Translations under genes and position numbers: made by a program
Notes under the pieces: model-generated
What the model saw: the letters and a program-made list of their open reading frames with translations, nothing else
What the model was told of the DNA's origin: nothing
Databases searched by the model: none
NCBI GenBank assembly: GCA_000320545.1
Contig: ADNK01001313.1
Location: forward strand, 1-64,000
Origin: Bigelowiella natans CCMP2755
Lineage: Eukaryota > Protista > Cercozoa
DNA: 64,000 bases
Reading direction: 5' to 3'
Part shown: positions 41,165 to 53,477 of the stretch, piece by piece
Layout of the letters: every line of letters starts with the position of its first letter
Position numbering within the stretch: position 1 is the stretch's first letter

Positions 41165-42603
41165 ATGGAATAGACTGCAGAGCGCGTGTGGGTGTGTGCG
41201 TGCGTGTGTGTGTGTGTGTGCGTGTGTGTGTGTTGCGTGGGTGCCTGTTGGTTGGTAAATAGGTAATATTGACAAAATTATTACTGCTTTGTTTGGTTAT
41301 GATGGTGGGTAATGCTCGGCTGGCGTGAGCAGACTTTGGGGACGGGATTTCGACACTGACGACTACATCAGGTAGAAAACAACGACAAGATGATGAAGAA
41401 GATGATGAAGAAGAAGAAGAAGAAGAAGAAGAAGAGCCACACATAACAGTAGAACAACAAAATATGTTTTCCCCCTTCTCAGCGCCCCTTCTCCTCCTCC
41501 TCCTCCTCCTCCTCCTCCTCCTCCTCCTCCTCCCCTCGTCTCCGTTTCTGTCTGAATAGAATGTCCATTGCTGGGCGGCATCCAGACAGTAATCGCCTCT
41601 CCGTGAACGACGATATTGGTGGTGCAAATGGTAGTTTAAGATGGAGATGACGATGGTGATAATGGCGATGATGTTGATGATGACAAACAACAACGATTAT
41701 GTGGTGAGGAGCTCCCGCATCAGCAATAAGCAGCCCGCATCCGCGTATAGCGTAGTTTTTCATTCATTGCTCCCTCCGTGAGAGAGAGAGAGGGGGGAGG
41801 GGCGAGGGTACTTTCTTTCCAAAACATCGTTATCCCTGCTCTATATATCTATGTTTCTGTGTGCAAATTGCTTCGATGATTCTTGATAACATATCTTGTG
41901 TTATTGTCGTCGGGGATGGATCGATGGCATAAGCAGATGGAGGGGAGCCAGTTGGCCGATTTGTTAGTTCTGGCAGTGGAGCGGGAGGACTCGAACACGG
42001 TGACAATCATGCCTACGACGACGACGACGATCAAGACGGATCTAGCTCTGTCTCCTTCGGCGAGCTGTGCTCTGAGGAATCCAGAATGCCGATGGTGAGA
42101 GCTGCCCTATATACACACATATACATAGAGTATCCTAACTACTGTGTGGTAATGTGACGACTGAGAAAGACGTGAAGGATGCAATGCGACAGCTAATTGC
42201 TGACTTGTTGTTCTTATTATCTACCTATAAATGCTGCTGCTCTACAGATCATAGGTTGCGGGTTGATGCTCCTGCAGCAGTGGAGCGGCAACAATGCGGT
42301 ACTACTACTGCTGCTGCTGCTGCTACTACTGCTACCACTTCTATTACTAATACCGCTGCCGCCGCTGCTGTTAGCAAAGTACAAGAATTAATATTTTGGT
42401 ATTGGCAGTTGGAACTATTAGGGAAAGTCTGCTACTGTTTGATTTCCAATGAGCTCGTAAAGAGACTGACACATCATCATTATCGTCATTGTCATCATCC
42501 CCATCATCATCATCATCATCATCATCCTCTGTGATCGTGGGGGGGTGGGGGGGTTGGATCCATAATAATCTTTGTTTCGTCCTTATGCGTTTTCCTCTTC
42601 CTC

Positions 42604-42635
<32 letters not shown>

Positions 42636-43161
42636 CTTCTTCTCTCCAGGTGATATTCTTCTGCAGCTCGATCTTCAAGACGGCAGGATTGGATAATACC
42701 GACCAAGCGTCTCTGTACGTAATGGCTACTCAGGTAGCAGCAACAGTTGTATCAGTAGTAGGAGCGGTAGTAGGAGGAGGCTTCATACAGCAGAGAGCTG
42801 CTGTCGTTTGATCACTTGCACGTTCCTCCTGAGAGTGTTACCGGACAGAGCAGCGTGAGTGACATGTCTTGTTTCCTCCTCGCCCATCCTTCCTCCTCTT
42901 TACCGTCCCCCTCCCCCCCTTCTCTCCTGTACTGCTCAAGGTCATCGCCACTGGACTGTCAGTTTATCTTATGGATAAGGTAGGCGTAGTAGTATGTTAG
43001 GGGTAGGTGAGAAGGAAGCGATTGGCAAGGGAGATGCTGGTAATTCTGACTGGTCTGCTGTCGTATTTGATCGCTTCGCTGCTTTCTGCTTTTGATTAGG
43101 CGGGGAGGCGCCTGCTCATGCTCATGGCTTCCGTAGGTCGTCATTTCGTAGAATTATCAGT

Positions 43162-43199
<38 letters not shown>

Positions 43200-43366
43200 G
43201 GCAAAGCAGCTAACACAGCACATCTTGCATGACATGGCATCATGCACAGGAATGGCTGCCGCGTCGGGGACTCTTGGCTTCCTGTTCCTGTTGCAGCACG
43301 GTAGTAGTAGTAGTAGTAGTTTTTGGTTGGGAACAAGGAGATAGCTGCATGTGTGTGTGCGTGTGT

Positions 43367-43428
<62 letters not shown>

Positions 43429-43907
43429 AGATGGATGGGCAGGGATAGAGCTTGTGATGGGGGTTAGGGAGTAGAATAGGACATGCTGTTCACACACGCA
43501 CACACACACACACACACACAACACATGATGGATAGTTTCATTTGAAAAGCATAATTCTCCTGCTGCTTTATCCTCACGTGCATCACGTAGTGTGTTCTAT
43601 TCTTTTCCTTCAATAATCGCATACAATGTGCTGCCTCATAACTCACACACTCACTCATTACTCGCTCTTCCTCGTCTACTCTCCGCTACAAACAAGCAAC
43701 TGATATGGCTGTTGGTTTCGAATTCAGGATCCCAAAAACCGCCTGGATGGATCACCATCATCGCCCTTATCACGTACGATGCGACAACGTCGAATAATGG
43801 ATGATCCTTGCTGCTGTACCTTATCGTCGTCCCCCCTCCCCTCCCTCCCCCGTTCGCCGTTGACCATTATAAAATCATAAAAAAAAAACAATAATGCTTG
43901 TCTCTGT

Positions 43908-43951
<44 letters not shown>

Positions 43952-44547
43952 CTCTCTCTCTCTCTCTATTCCTCTGCGGTGTATGATGTTTGGGCATTCA
44001 CATCATAATTTTAGATACATCATATTCTTCTCTATTGGCATGGGTCCAATTCCATGGTTGATCACCGGCGAGGTACATGTAGTTGCGTCAATCAATGCAG
44101 CACGCATATATCATCACTGCTAGTATGCGAGGTAGTAGCTAGCAGCGCTAATCAACGCTGCACACATCATCGCTACAATGCCAAGCGAGGAGAAGCCTCA
44201 AGTTCTTTCGAGATTAATGTTCTGAATATCTTACGCCTTATCTCTTCTTCTCCTTCTCAACCCCCTTTCTCTTACCGCGCCATCTAGATCTTCCCTAACC
44301 GCACACGTGCTCTTGGATCGTATGTCAATTAATACATATTATTTTCATAACCAACAAACCACACACCTCTACCCCTCCTCCTCCTGATGTCGCAGTCGTT
44401 GTTCTCAATCCATATTGCAACAAGCGCATCTCCCTTTCTCATCCTTCAATAGCAGCCTAAACACGTTACGACACTGCATCATCATCGTGCAGTGTGTTTC
44501 CTTGATGCCTCCTAATATACGTGCATGATATCAACAGGATCTGTTCC

Positions 44548-44583
<36 letters not shown>

Positions 44584-45655
44584 TGACGCCTTCCAGGTCG
44601 GTCGCGACAATGGTGAACTGGTTCTCAGCTTTCGGGGTGACGTTCCTCTTCGCTGATATGGAGGTAGGTGGGTGGGTAGGTAGGTAGGTAGGTAGGTAGA
44701 TAGGCAGGTATTTAGGCGGGTAGGCAGTAACGGTATTAGGAATGGAGATTGTGGCGGTGATGGAGATTAGTTTTGACGATTACTGCGACGCAATTGGTGT
44801 TGATGGTGCTCCTTCGTCCTTGTTCATGTTAATATATTCTCCGAACTGCTGCCCCTCCTCCTCCATTCGGTTTCGTGCGAGGGGGAGGCTGCGTGTCTGC
44901 AAGTCGTAGCACTATGTAAACTGTTTTGTTCTTGCCTGGTACTGCCTTCCATCTCTACCATTCCAACCACACGTGACGACATTAGCGTTGACTGTGCAAT
45001 CGATATTATCAGGAGTCGCTTCAAGACTACGGCACCTTTTGGTCACTCATAGTAGCTCAGAACGTTCAAAAATATAATGATTCGAAACCAACAGTAAAAA
45101 ATGTATTCCAGCATCTCGTTCTGAATTTCATTGTTAAACTGTCCAAAAATACCGTTTTTTTGGGTAATGTACATAAAGGCGTTTTATAACTACTTTCATA
45201 CAATATGGACGTCCATCAATCCTACATTGCAGATATCGTCATTATATAGCCAAAGTGTGTGGGGGGGGAGGGAACAGGGAGATTTGTGTTGCGTCGTTTC
45301 AAGTGGTATCATGCTATAACTGCAACTTCTGGCACCGCTTCAGGTTTTACACTAGCATCCTCGGGTTTGCCTTTATATTCGTATTCATTCTGGTGCCAGA
45401 AACCAAAGGTTATTAGGGTGTATATGAATGAATGAATGAATGAATGAAACAATAAAATACCGATGATGTGCGCTGCTCTAATGACGTGGAGCATGTATGG
45501 CCGAGTGCACCTTTTAAGAGTCCTCTTGGTGAAGTACCCTCTGTGATCATCATTCTCCTCCTCCTCCTGCTTCTCCTGCTGATGTTAATGCTACAGGATT
45601 GTCTAATTGGGAAATTCAGTTGGCGCTAAAGAGGAAAAATCCTTTCGGTTGTTAA
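38683..45655 (+). CDS. MFS sugar porter (GLUT6/8, ERD6-like); many exons
   Basis: GAFMFGYTLGFTSP, GRLADYIGRK, PMYISE|IAPTAYRGALGALNQLLIT, PETPVYL, LQQWSGNNAV, DK|AGRRLL, FSIGMGPIPWLITGE|IFP, VNWFSAF, VPETKG. Confidence 0.92.
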
Positions 45656-46744
45656 AGGCGAGGAGAGAGAGGGGGGAGGGAGGGGGGGGGAGGGATCAGC
45701 AGGCATGAAAGGTGGAGCTACCACATCTAGATGAAACTTGCGAGATTTTTGAGAGAGAAACTCAGTCGGATTGATTTTTTTTCATTTTCCATTATGATCC
45801 GATACATCAACTGCGCATCATAGGCGAACGAGAGACGAGCGAGTTTAAAAGCAACGGGAATTTCAAATGATAAATAAGAAGTTGAAAGTCTCAAGAGTTC
45901 TGACTTGATCCAAGATCCTTCTCTTGTAAGGAGAGACTTATATAAAGTTCCGCGCAAGCGTGTCATAACTACTCCTTTCTGTGATCAATAGTATTACATG
46001 CAATGCTTGATGCATATTTTAAGCCTAAACCAATCCACGTTGAGTTTAGACGTGTGTTCATCACTCGCTGTGTGGTTACTACCGCTCACATGAATACTAA
46101 GTGGTCGTGGACAATACTGAATACGTCACGATTGCTGGAGTGGAGTTTCACCCTTTTCAAAATTACTGCACTCAATTATGCTGACAACAATGCACATCAT
46201 TGTCAACATGAGTTTTCATGTGATGATTTTCATGTCCGGCATTTTGCTCTAGAGCTAGTAGAATGTGCATGCTAGCATGAGATGCAAGATCAAGTGCAAG
46301 CCAAGTTCTCTGCTGCTTGCGCATCTAGACATGCATGCACGCATCCGCAAATGTCGCCTGCGTCATGCAGCAGTTATTGCGTTGTGGTAGCAGCAGACTA
46401 GCGCAGTTTAGTAGTACGTTGCGTGTGATGCCTATCGCGGATCGAATGATCAAATGCGACATCCCTAGATCTAGATAGCTAGTACATGGTCTTTTCTCCA
46501 AGAAAATTTTCGCATCGCTTTGTTAGCCTGTCTAGCTGTGCTATGCACTGATTCATGATGATGAAGCACACATGCTAGCATGCTAGCACGTCTAGACGTA
46601 CGTGTGGCACTAATAATCGTTTCAGAAATGCTAATCATTTTGACAAGTAGCGCCGTTACAAAACTTGGCTTCGTGATCTTCCTCATGCACCACACACGAC
46701 ATCGACACAATTTAGCCACCGTACAAGAACCTTCTGAAATTTTG

Positions 46745-49700
46745 TCAAGACAGCATCAAGATTTCCGTGATGGTACGATGGTGATCCTCAGCAAATCGTC
46801 TGAAAGAATCCTGTTCCATAATTTGAAAGATTTTTTGTTTCGCGCTCTTATATACGAGTTTACTCTCCTGCAGATACCTTATAGCAGTTAACCTCGTTGA
46901 TTCAAAATCATCAGACGCGCTATCACAAAATCTAGCACTATTGCGGTTTGATTTGTCAGCCTCGGCTGTCACGCTTTGAAACTCTCTAATGTCGTGATTG
47001 CTCGAAGCAGTGGGCCCGCTTGAAGGACGAAGATAATCCGATTGTGCTCTTACCATTAATATTGATGATTTTCTTTCAAGAATTTCTTTGTGATCCGCCT
47101 TCTCATTTTGTGGCTTCTCTTGCGCAATGATCTAGAGTATAAATTTCTTAATTAGAATGCATGGAACCAAAGGCATGAATAAACAAAAATAACCTCGCAA
47201 AATGTCCGAGAGGCGGACATACTCCTCTCTGTGGGTGTGTTGGAGCGATCATTCGTCGGTAAGATGGCCAATGGAGAAACTGATTGCATAGGGTTTGGTT
47301 TAAGTAGTGGAGAAACTGCTTGCGAGCTTTGCCCTGTTAATATTTGAAACACATAGATGTGAAAAGAATTATCATGTTGTTTGACAAAAGCTTTGAGCGC
47401 ATTTAATCCAATTTCGAACACGAAATACTTCGGTCAAGTCTCAACATTTCTCTTACTAATACAATTGTGAGGTGCTGACCACTGGCAGACACTTTTGTGG
47501 GACTATTCGGTATATTCCTCTTTTGAGAAAGATTTCGTGGCGACCCCCCACGACTTAATGCTAATGAGAAAGGGTTTATCATCATGACAAAATGAAACCA
47601 TTTAAATCAGGAACCTATAGGTGAGATGCCGGATCGCTGGCCAATTGTTGCTGACTTCGAGTTGAGAGGACTCGCTGGTTTTAAGTTACCAATTCCCACC
47701 GTTGCAGTACTCATAATACCAAATTTCGTATCATCGCAAATATTTGAGTCATGGCGATCAAAAGAGGGACTGTTAAAGATAAAATTAAGATAAGAAACCA
47801 AGCAGGCGTTATTCACTGGGTTTATTTACCTGATACCCCGAGGATTATGGATGTCAACTGCTTCATATCTGTTTGCCATCCTACAAAATAAGGATCCATG
47901 TGTTAGATCACCAATACTGCAGTATTACAGTAACACTGCTCAGCGATACTACGTGATACAGTAATGCTGCATACACTGAGTATTATGAAAAAGTATTCGC
48001 GCAGTATCGCCAACAGTATTGCTGAGTATCGCGCTATACTCATGATTTTGGAACACGGCGGGTAATACTGTAACACTGTGGACAGTATTGGCGATCTAAG
48101 ATCCATGTGTTCTGTCGTTCTATATTTGATGAAACATATGTAAGGGGCACCGTTTTGAATAAGTATTCATTATTGATAGGGAGCTTTTCCCTAAGCCTGC
48201 ACCGGTGAAGTTGTCGAAATATTTGGAGATAAAGTCGTGTACAGCTGTTTCGATTCTATGCCCAATATTGATCTGGGACAGACATTCATACTCAGATGAT
48301 CTTAGGAAAACAAACACCGAATTGAAATTATTTTTCAGGAACGGATACCTGACTTTCAGCCCTGCTTCCAATAAACTTCTTGTAAATAACAAAAATTGAT
48401 TGATTTGTGGAATTTAGGATACTATGAATGTAGTCCTTTGTTTTGCTCGTAGATATAAATCGTGGAGAAAACTTTCTACTGTTTCTTTTTATGTTTGCTA
48501 GAAGATCAATGTTGCTCTGGGTTTCTTTTTCAAAATGTATGATGGCTTTATAGAAACGTAGATTCTCTGGCGCCTGTAACAAATAAGGTTTACACTTACA
48601 ATTGACTATCAACGTACCTTCATCCTATTACCCATTCTTTAACAAGATGGCTTTCAAATAGCCTCAGTAGCTTCGGGTTTGCCAATATATGGACAAAGCT
48701 ATAGCCCATCTCTGAACAAAAACACATATCATAATTTCGTGCGACTGTGATAAGTGATAACATTCACGCAACCTTTTTGGAAATTTATATCAAAAGATTT
48801 TCGGGATCTTATGGATTCCTTTGTTAGTTTATATGGTAGCCTGTATGTGACGGAATAATTCAATTGAAGTAGTCTCTGATTGAAGATGCTAGAACCATGA
48901 TTCTGTCGCCCATACGGTCATCATTGCAAAAAACCAGTAGATATGGTATTCAATGAACCGAGTATGTACAGATTCGATACTCTGTATTAATGAACATTGT
49001 TCATCAATATCTCCGGCGACATAATAGGATTAATACCGTTGCGAAAAGGTTGATGATGAAGAATACCACTATTCCTGCATGAAAATTGTAATGGCAATTG
49101 ATGATTTCATACTTCCAGTTGTCATCATATTTACCAGATGAAAACAATGCCATTTGAGTTTTTATTTTTAGCTTGATTTTGAAGGGATCTGTCTCTGCAG
49201 AGCTCGTGAAAATGTACCCGAAAAAGATAACCCTGCATCCAAAAAATTAAGTGCAATAGAGTTTCGCTTTTAATTCTTTAAATCTCGCATTCAATAATTT
49301 TAAGTGTAATAGAGTTTCGCCTTCAAATCTTTAAATCTCAGGTATCAATAATTACCATAGTGCCCATAGGACAAAGATAATTTCCAATAAACCAGTGTCA
49401 CACGTAGCTTCATTGCCTTCAAATTCGTCATTATATCATGTTCATATTCGTTAGCAAAATCGTTGTGTAGATGGGAAGATGTTATCTCACGTTGGAAATC
49501 AGCTGATATGCGAATTTCTATGAGTACCGACAATGATGCTAGTACAAAAGTTCCTTGGATAATTATTGAATAACTTTGTATTGGATTACAAACTAATGAT
49601 TATTTCGTGTTGAAATATTACCTACAGAAAGTGCAATAACTCTATTTCCCTTCAGCGACACTAAACATTTCTTTAAGAGCCAATCACTTTTCTATGATAA

Positions 49701-50489
49701 TGCAGATTGGATGTCATCAGCTGCCCCAACTATAATTAGTTACATTTTTTTAAAGGAAACCTTTCTAATGTGGCTTCTTACAGGATCAGGATGCATAAAT
49801 TCTTGTGCTTGCTTTGGAAAGTTACACCATTCGTGAGCGCAAGTGTGCGGGAAGGAGGAGAAAAGTACCTTTATTTGTGCAAGCCGATATAGGTGTCGGA
49901 GATCGCGGAAAACATGTAACCCTAGAATTTCGAAAGACAATTAATCTACATTCACAAGGTGAGTGAAAGACTACCCAACGCAGCTGCTCCAATGGTTTGT
50001 TGAAGAAGCAGAAAACTATATGTGATATTAAATATAGCGTATCATATGAGAAAACATTGAATTATTTAGTTTACGAACATGAAACATGGCATCCGGATTC
50101 CAAGAATCCAATGTAGAAATCCAGGGACTTGCCACAGGAACATAACCATAAGCTTCAGTGAGACCTAAAGTGAATAAAAATTTTCATAGTTCATTCGTAG
50201 AATTTGAATTGCAATACATGAAGTGGGCGGTCCACAATACGCAATGTTGTCCTGTTTATAGCAACAAGAGCAGCTTATTAACCATTATGTTTGATACACG
50301 ATGTATCAGCGAGATTTATAACTCCCCCAAAAGAAAACAATCAACAAGTACGTACCCCTTTGCCTCCAACCTGTGAAGTTCATACTGTGTCCATATCGAT
50401 AGAGAGATGTAAACAATATTCTCGACAGCAAAATGAGCAAATTGTAGAATTAGGACAGGATCCTTCGAGACGGCCGTGCTGTCCACCAT
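46745..50489 (-). CDS. 7TM-RGS protein (membrane domain fused to a regulator-of-G-protein-signalling domain); many short introns
   Basis: Hydrophobic exons: VLILQFAHFAVENIVYISLSIW, LMVMFLWQVPGFLHWILGIRMPCFMF, YSFLLLQQTIGAAAL|GLHVFRDLRHLY, GYLFGYIFTSSAETDPFKIK, IVVFFIINLFAT. RGS motifs: ILANPKLLRLFESHLVKEW|APENLRFY, IYKKFIGSRAESQ|INIG, AKQKIFQIMEQDSFRRF. Confidence 0.85.
47903..48099. mobile_element. MITE (197 bp) with ~17-bp TIRs and 10-bp TSD, Mutator-like, in an intron of the 7TM-RGS gene
   Basis: The left end is TTAGATCACCAATACTG and the right-end reverse complement is TTAGATCGCCAATACTG (16/17). The flanking direct repeat GATCCATGTG lies at 47893-47902 and 48100-48109. Internal CAGTAT/ATACTG subrepeats are present. 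Confidence 0.85.
49249..49352. repeat. Two-copy ~53 bp imperfect tandem duplication forming most of an RGS-gene intron
   Basis: aagtg(c/t)aatagagtttcgc..t.aa.tctttaaatctc...tcaataat occurs twice in succession. Confidence 0.75.
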
Positions 50490-51101
50490 GCTCTGGCTGC
50501 TGAGTTCAACTCTGAATTAATCTCCACGACAACAGCACACCGATTGTCGAAGGAATGAAAACAACTGTATTTCGGAAATCCACCCTGATTTCGCAGCGCA
50601 GCAAAAAAGAAAATAGCGTGGATTAACTTCATGGCTGAATCCGGAGCGCTTCTTTCCGTCCCACCCCAAATGTCATTGGTTGGGCTATAAATGCCATTGT
50701 AATTGTCTAAGCGACATCATAGCAAAGATGTCGCAGGTGTTAGTCATATCCAAACCGCCGACAGTGAACAACCGACTTGAGCGCAATTGGCCGCCATTTT
50801 TTTTTCTCTCGAAAGTGAATTATTCGCCTCCCTTCGAGCGAACAATTCAAGGAAAGTTGCCAAGTTAGTGCTACGAGGACATGTTTCGTAATCCTGATGT
50901 AGTTCCCGCTGTGCAAATTAAAGAGTACGTTACGCTCTGTGTCCTCAGCGTGCGACAGGGTATATAGCAGCACCAATGGAGATTTCCATAGACTTTTTTT
51001 TCCATCCAATTGAGAAAGAGAACAAAGTAGACACAAAGATCTGGCTTTCCAGCGCACACACACACAAGCCCAAACATTCCAGCGAGGCACGAAGTGGAAC
51101 T
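50490..51101. promoter_or_regulatory. Putative bidirectional promoter region between 7TM-RGS and G-alpha
   Basis: About 610 bp separate two divergent start codons. Inferred from geometry only. Confidence 0.5.
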
Positions 51102-52181
51102 ATGGGGTTATGTGCTTCCGTGACAGATGAAGATATTCACAACAAAAAGATTCAGAAACTGTTGAAGGCTGAGAAGAAGTCATTCATGGATGTACAAAAG
51201 CTGCTGCTGTTAGGAGCTGGTGAATCTGGTAAATCTACTGTGTTTAAACAAATGATTAGCATATATGGACAGGGCTTCAGCGAAGCAGAACGTAAATCAT
51301 ATAGGAGCATTATTTTTGGAAATGTCGTGCAATCAATGCAAATGCTCATTTCTCAAGCCAAGTATCGAGTTGAACTACGAAAACAAGAATTTACGATTAG
51401 CCCTAGTCTTGATGAGGACGTCAATACTGTCATGATGGCCAAACCACAACGCGGAGATATGGATGAAAAGCTAGCTGAGTGCATAGCATCACTGTGGAAA
51501 GATGCTGGAATACAAGCTACCTATAGAGTTCGATCGCAGTTCCAGTTAAACGACTCTGCTAGTTATTATTTTGAACGGGTCAACGCTTTGGGAGCAAAGG
51601 GTTATATTCCTTCTGAACCTGACGTCATGAGATCCCGAGCACGTACCACTGGTGTCATTGAGCAGGAATTCCTCGTTAACAATCACAGATTTCGAATGTT
51701 TGATGTAGGAGGACAACGAAGCGAAAGAAAAAAATGGATTCATTGCTTTGAGGGTGTCAATGGGGTTTTGTTCGTTGCGGCTATTAGTACGTACGACCAA
51801 GTTTTATTCGAGGATGGTGAGACTAATCGTATGGTTGAAGCTGTTCACCTATTTAAGGATGTCTGCAACAGTAATTGGTTTGAGAACACTTCGATGATTC
51901 TTTTTCTTAACAAAGAAGACTTGTTCCGACAGAAAATTGAAGAAACTCCGATTACGGTATCACCTGTTTTCCAAGATTACGATGGGGATGGAAGCTATGA
52001 GGATACTTCAGCATACATTGGACGAATTTTTGAGGATCAGAACGAGAAGCCCCATAAACGAATATATACCCATCTTACACACGCCACTGATAAAACAAAT
52101 GTGCTGCGGGTTTTCGAAAGCGTGAAGGACACAGTGCTTCACAACGGACTAGTTGCAGCCGGAATCGTGACAACAGCATAG
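51102..52181 (+). CDS. Heterotrimeric G protein alpha subunit, intronless
   Basis: MGLCAS (myristoylation/palmitoylation motif), GAGESGKST, RARTTG, DVGGQR, FLNKED, THATD. A single uninterrupted ORF of 359 aa. Confidence 0.96.
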   Translation: MGLCASVTDEDIHNKKIQKLLKAEKKSFMDVQKLLLLGAGESGKSTVFKQMISIYGQGFSEAERKSYRSIIFGNVVQSMQMLISQAKYRVELRKQEFTISPSLDEDVNTVMMAKPQRGDMDEKLAECIASLWKDAGIQATYRVRSQFQLNDSASYYFERVNALGAKGYIPSEPDVMRSRARTTGVIEQEFLVNNHRFRMFDVGGQRSERKKWIHCFEGVNGVLFVAAISTYDQVLFEDGETNRMVEAVHLFKDVCNSNWFENTSMILFLNKEDLFRQKIEETPITVSPVFQDYDGDGSYEDTSAYIGRIFEDQNEKPHKRIYTHLTHATDKTNVLRVFESVKDTVLHNGLVAAGIVTTA

Positions 52182-53477
52182 AATATGTGATGTGCGATGA
52201 ATTAACTTAATTTCTCAACGCCCGACATTGCAAGTTGCATTTTAATCACTACGATGACCAGCATTTTGAAATGAGGAGATCAAAGTTGGGAGGACACAAC
52301 ATTTTGTTCCCGTGATTTAAGTGGGACAACAACTTGAACGTTCTTTGTTCTTTCGTGAGTTGAAAAAGGATCAACTTGCGAGTTTCCCAAGCATGCTCCA
52401 GTACATGTGTGTTTCCTGTTTCCGGTTGAAATCCTGCTCCCTTTCCTCTCTCACATCTCTTCAGTGTTTTCTGTATGACAACATCAATGCACATTTTGCG
52501 AAATTGTGTGTGATTTTGAATGCACATTTTGTGCAATGTCACGCTGTGTTTGTTTTTGCGCTTTCGTGTCATTCATAATATTCATGTTGTCATTCTGAAA
52601 CGCAATGCACGGCACATGCTAGCACACGTTGTTAGCAAATGACTTACGGCATTTTAATCTCTAGATGCGTCCAGACGAAAGATTTAGCGCGCACGTACGA
52701 TGGCGAATTTGAAGCAGCCACATGCTAGCATGGCCATTGCAGGGCTAGCTAGCTAGAGGGTGCCAAGCAAGCGCAAGCATGCATTTGCACCCGTGATTTT
52801 TGCTACGTCATTCTAGCAATCCATTTCTAGAGTTCAGCAGTAGGTCCGCAGTAGGTGACATTTTGAGGTGTGAATTTTTTGCATTTTTCCTTCCAAGAGC
52901 AGTAGGGAAATTTTTTTGGGGTGTGGTGTACGGTCTGCTGCGGGCTATCGGGGGACTTGCCGTTTCGTCGCTAGTTCGCTCGCCCACATCCACCAGTGTC
53001 TACCAGCAGTTCGTTGCCCGCAGGCTAGTAGGTTGCAACTCAAATGTCCGTTAGCCATGGCAAAGCTGCTGAGGATGCGATATGTAGCGCGTACGCCTCC
53101 CGCATTTCATTCCTAGCAGACCATCATGTTGAGTATCATCAACGTAAGCGCACACGTAAAGTTGTTGGGAGTTGCAACAATGCAGATCGCCAAGATGCAT
53201 CCATGCCATGACGGCAGCATCCGTCATGATTTTCACTATGCCCTTTCCTGCTTCAAATGACACGCGCATAGCCCTATTCCCCCCAGCTAGCGAGCTTGAC
53301 GCCGTAATGTGGTAATTGTTTTTAATTGTAAATACATGTCAGGTGAGTGACCGGAAGTATTTCATTCGACACTTTTCTCTTTATGTTTTAAGAATCTCCA
53401 TTTGTATCTGAGAATGCTTGAAATTGGGCTCTGCAACATCTACCAATTTATCAAGACATTATTTTCCTTCGAAACTC

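Noticed and set aside
49140-49235. Suspected frameshift in a 7TM-RGS exon
   Set aside because: On recounting the A-runs the frame is open (DPFKIKLKIKTQM), so there is no pseudogene evidence.
50976-51101. 42-aa N-terminal extension of G-alpha in the ORF track
   Set aside because: MGLCAS at 51102 is the canonical lipidation start. The upstream in-frame ATG is probably in the 5' UTR or promoter.
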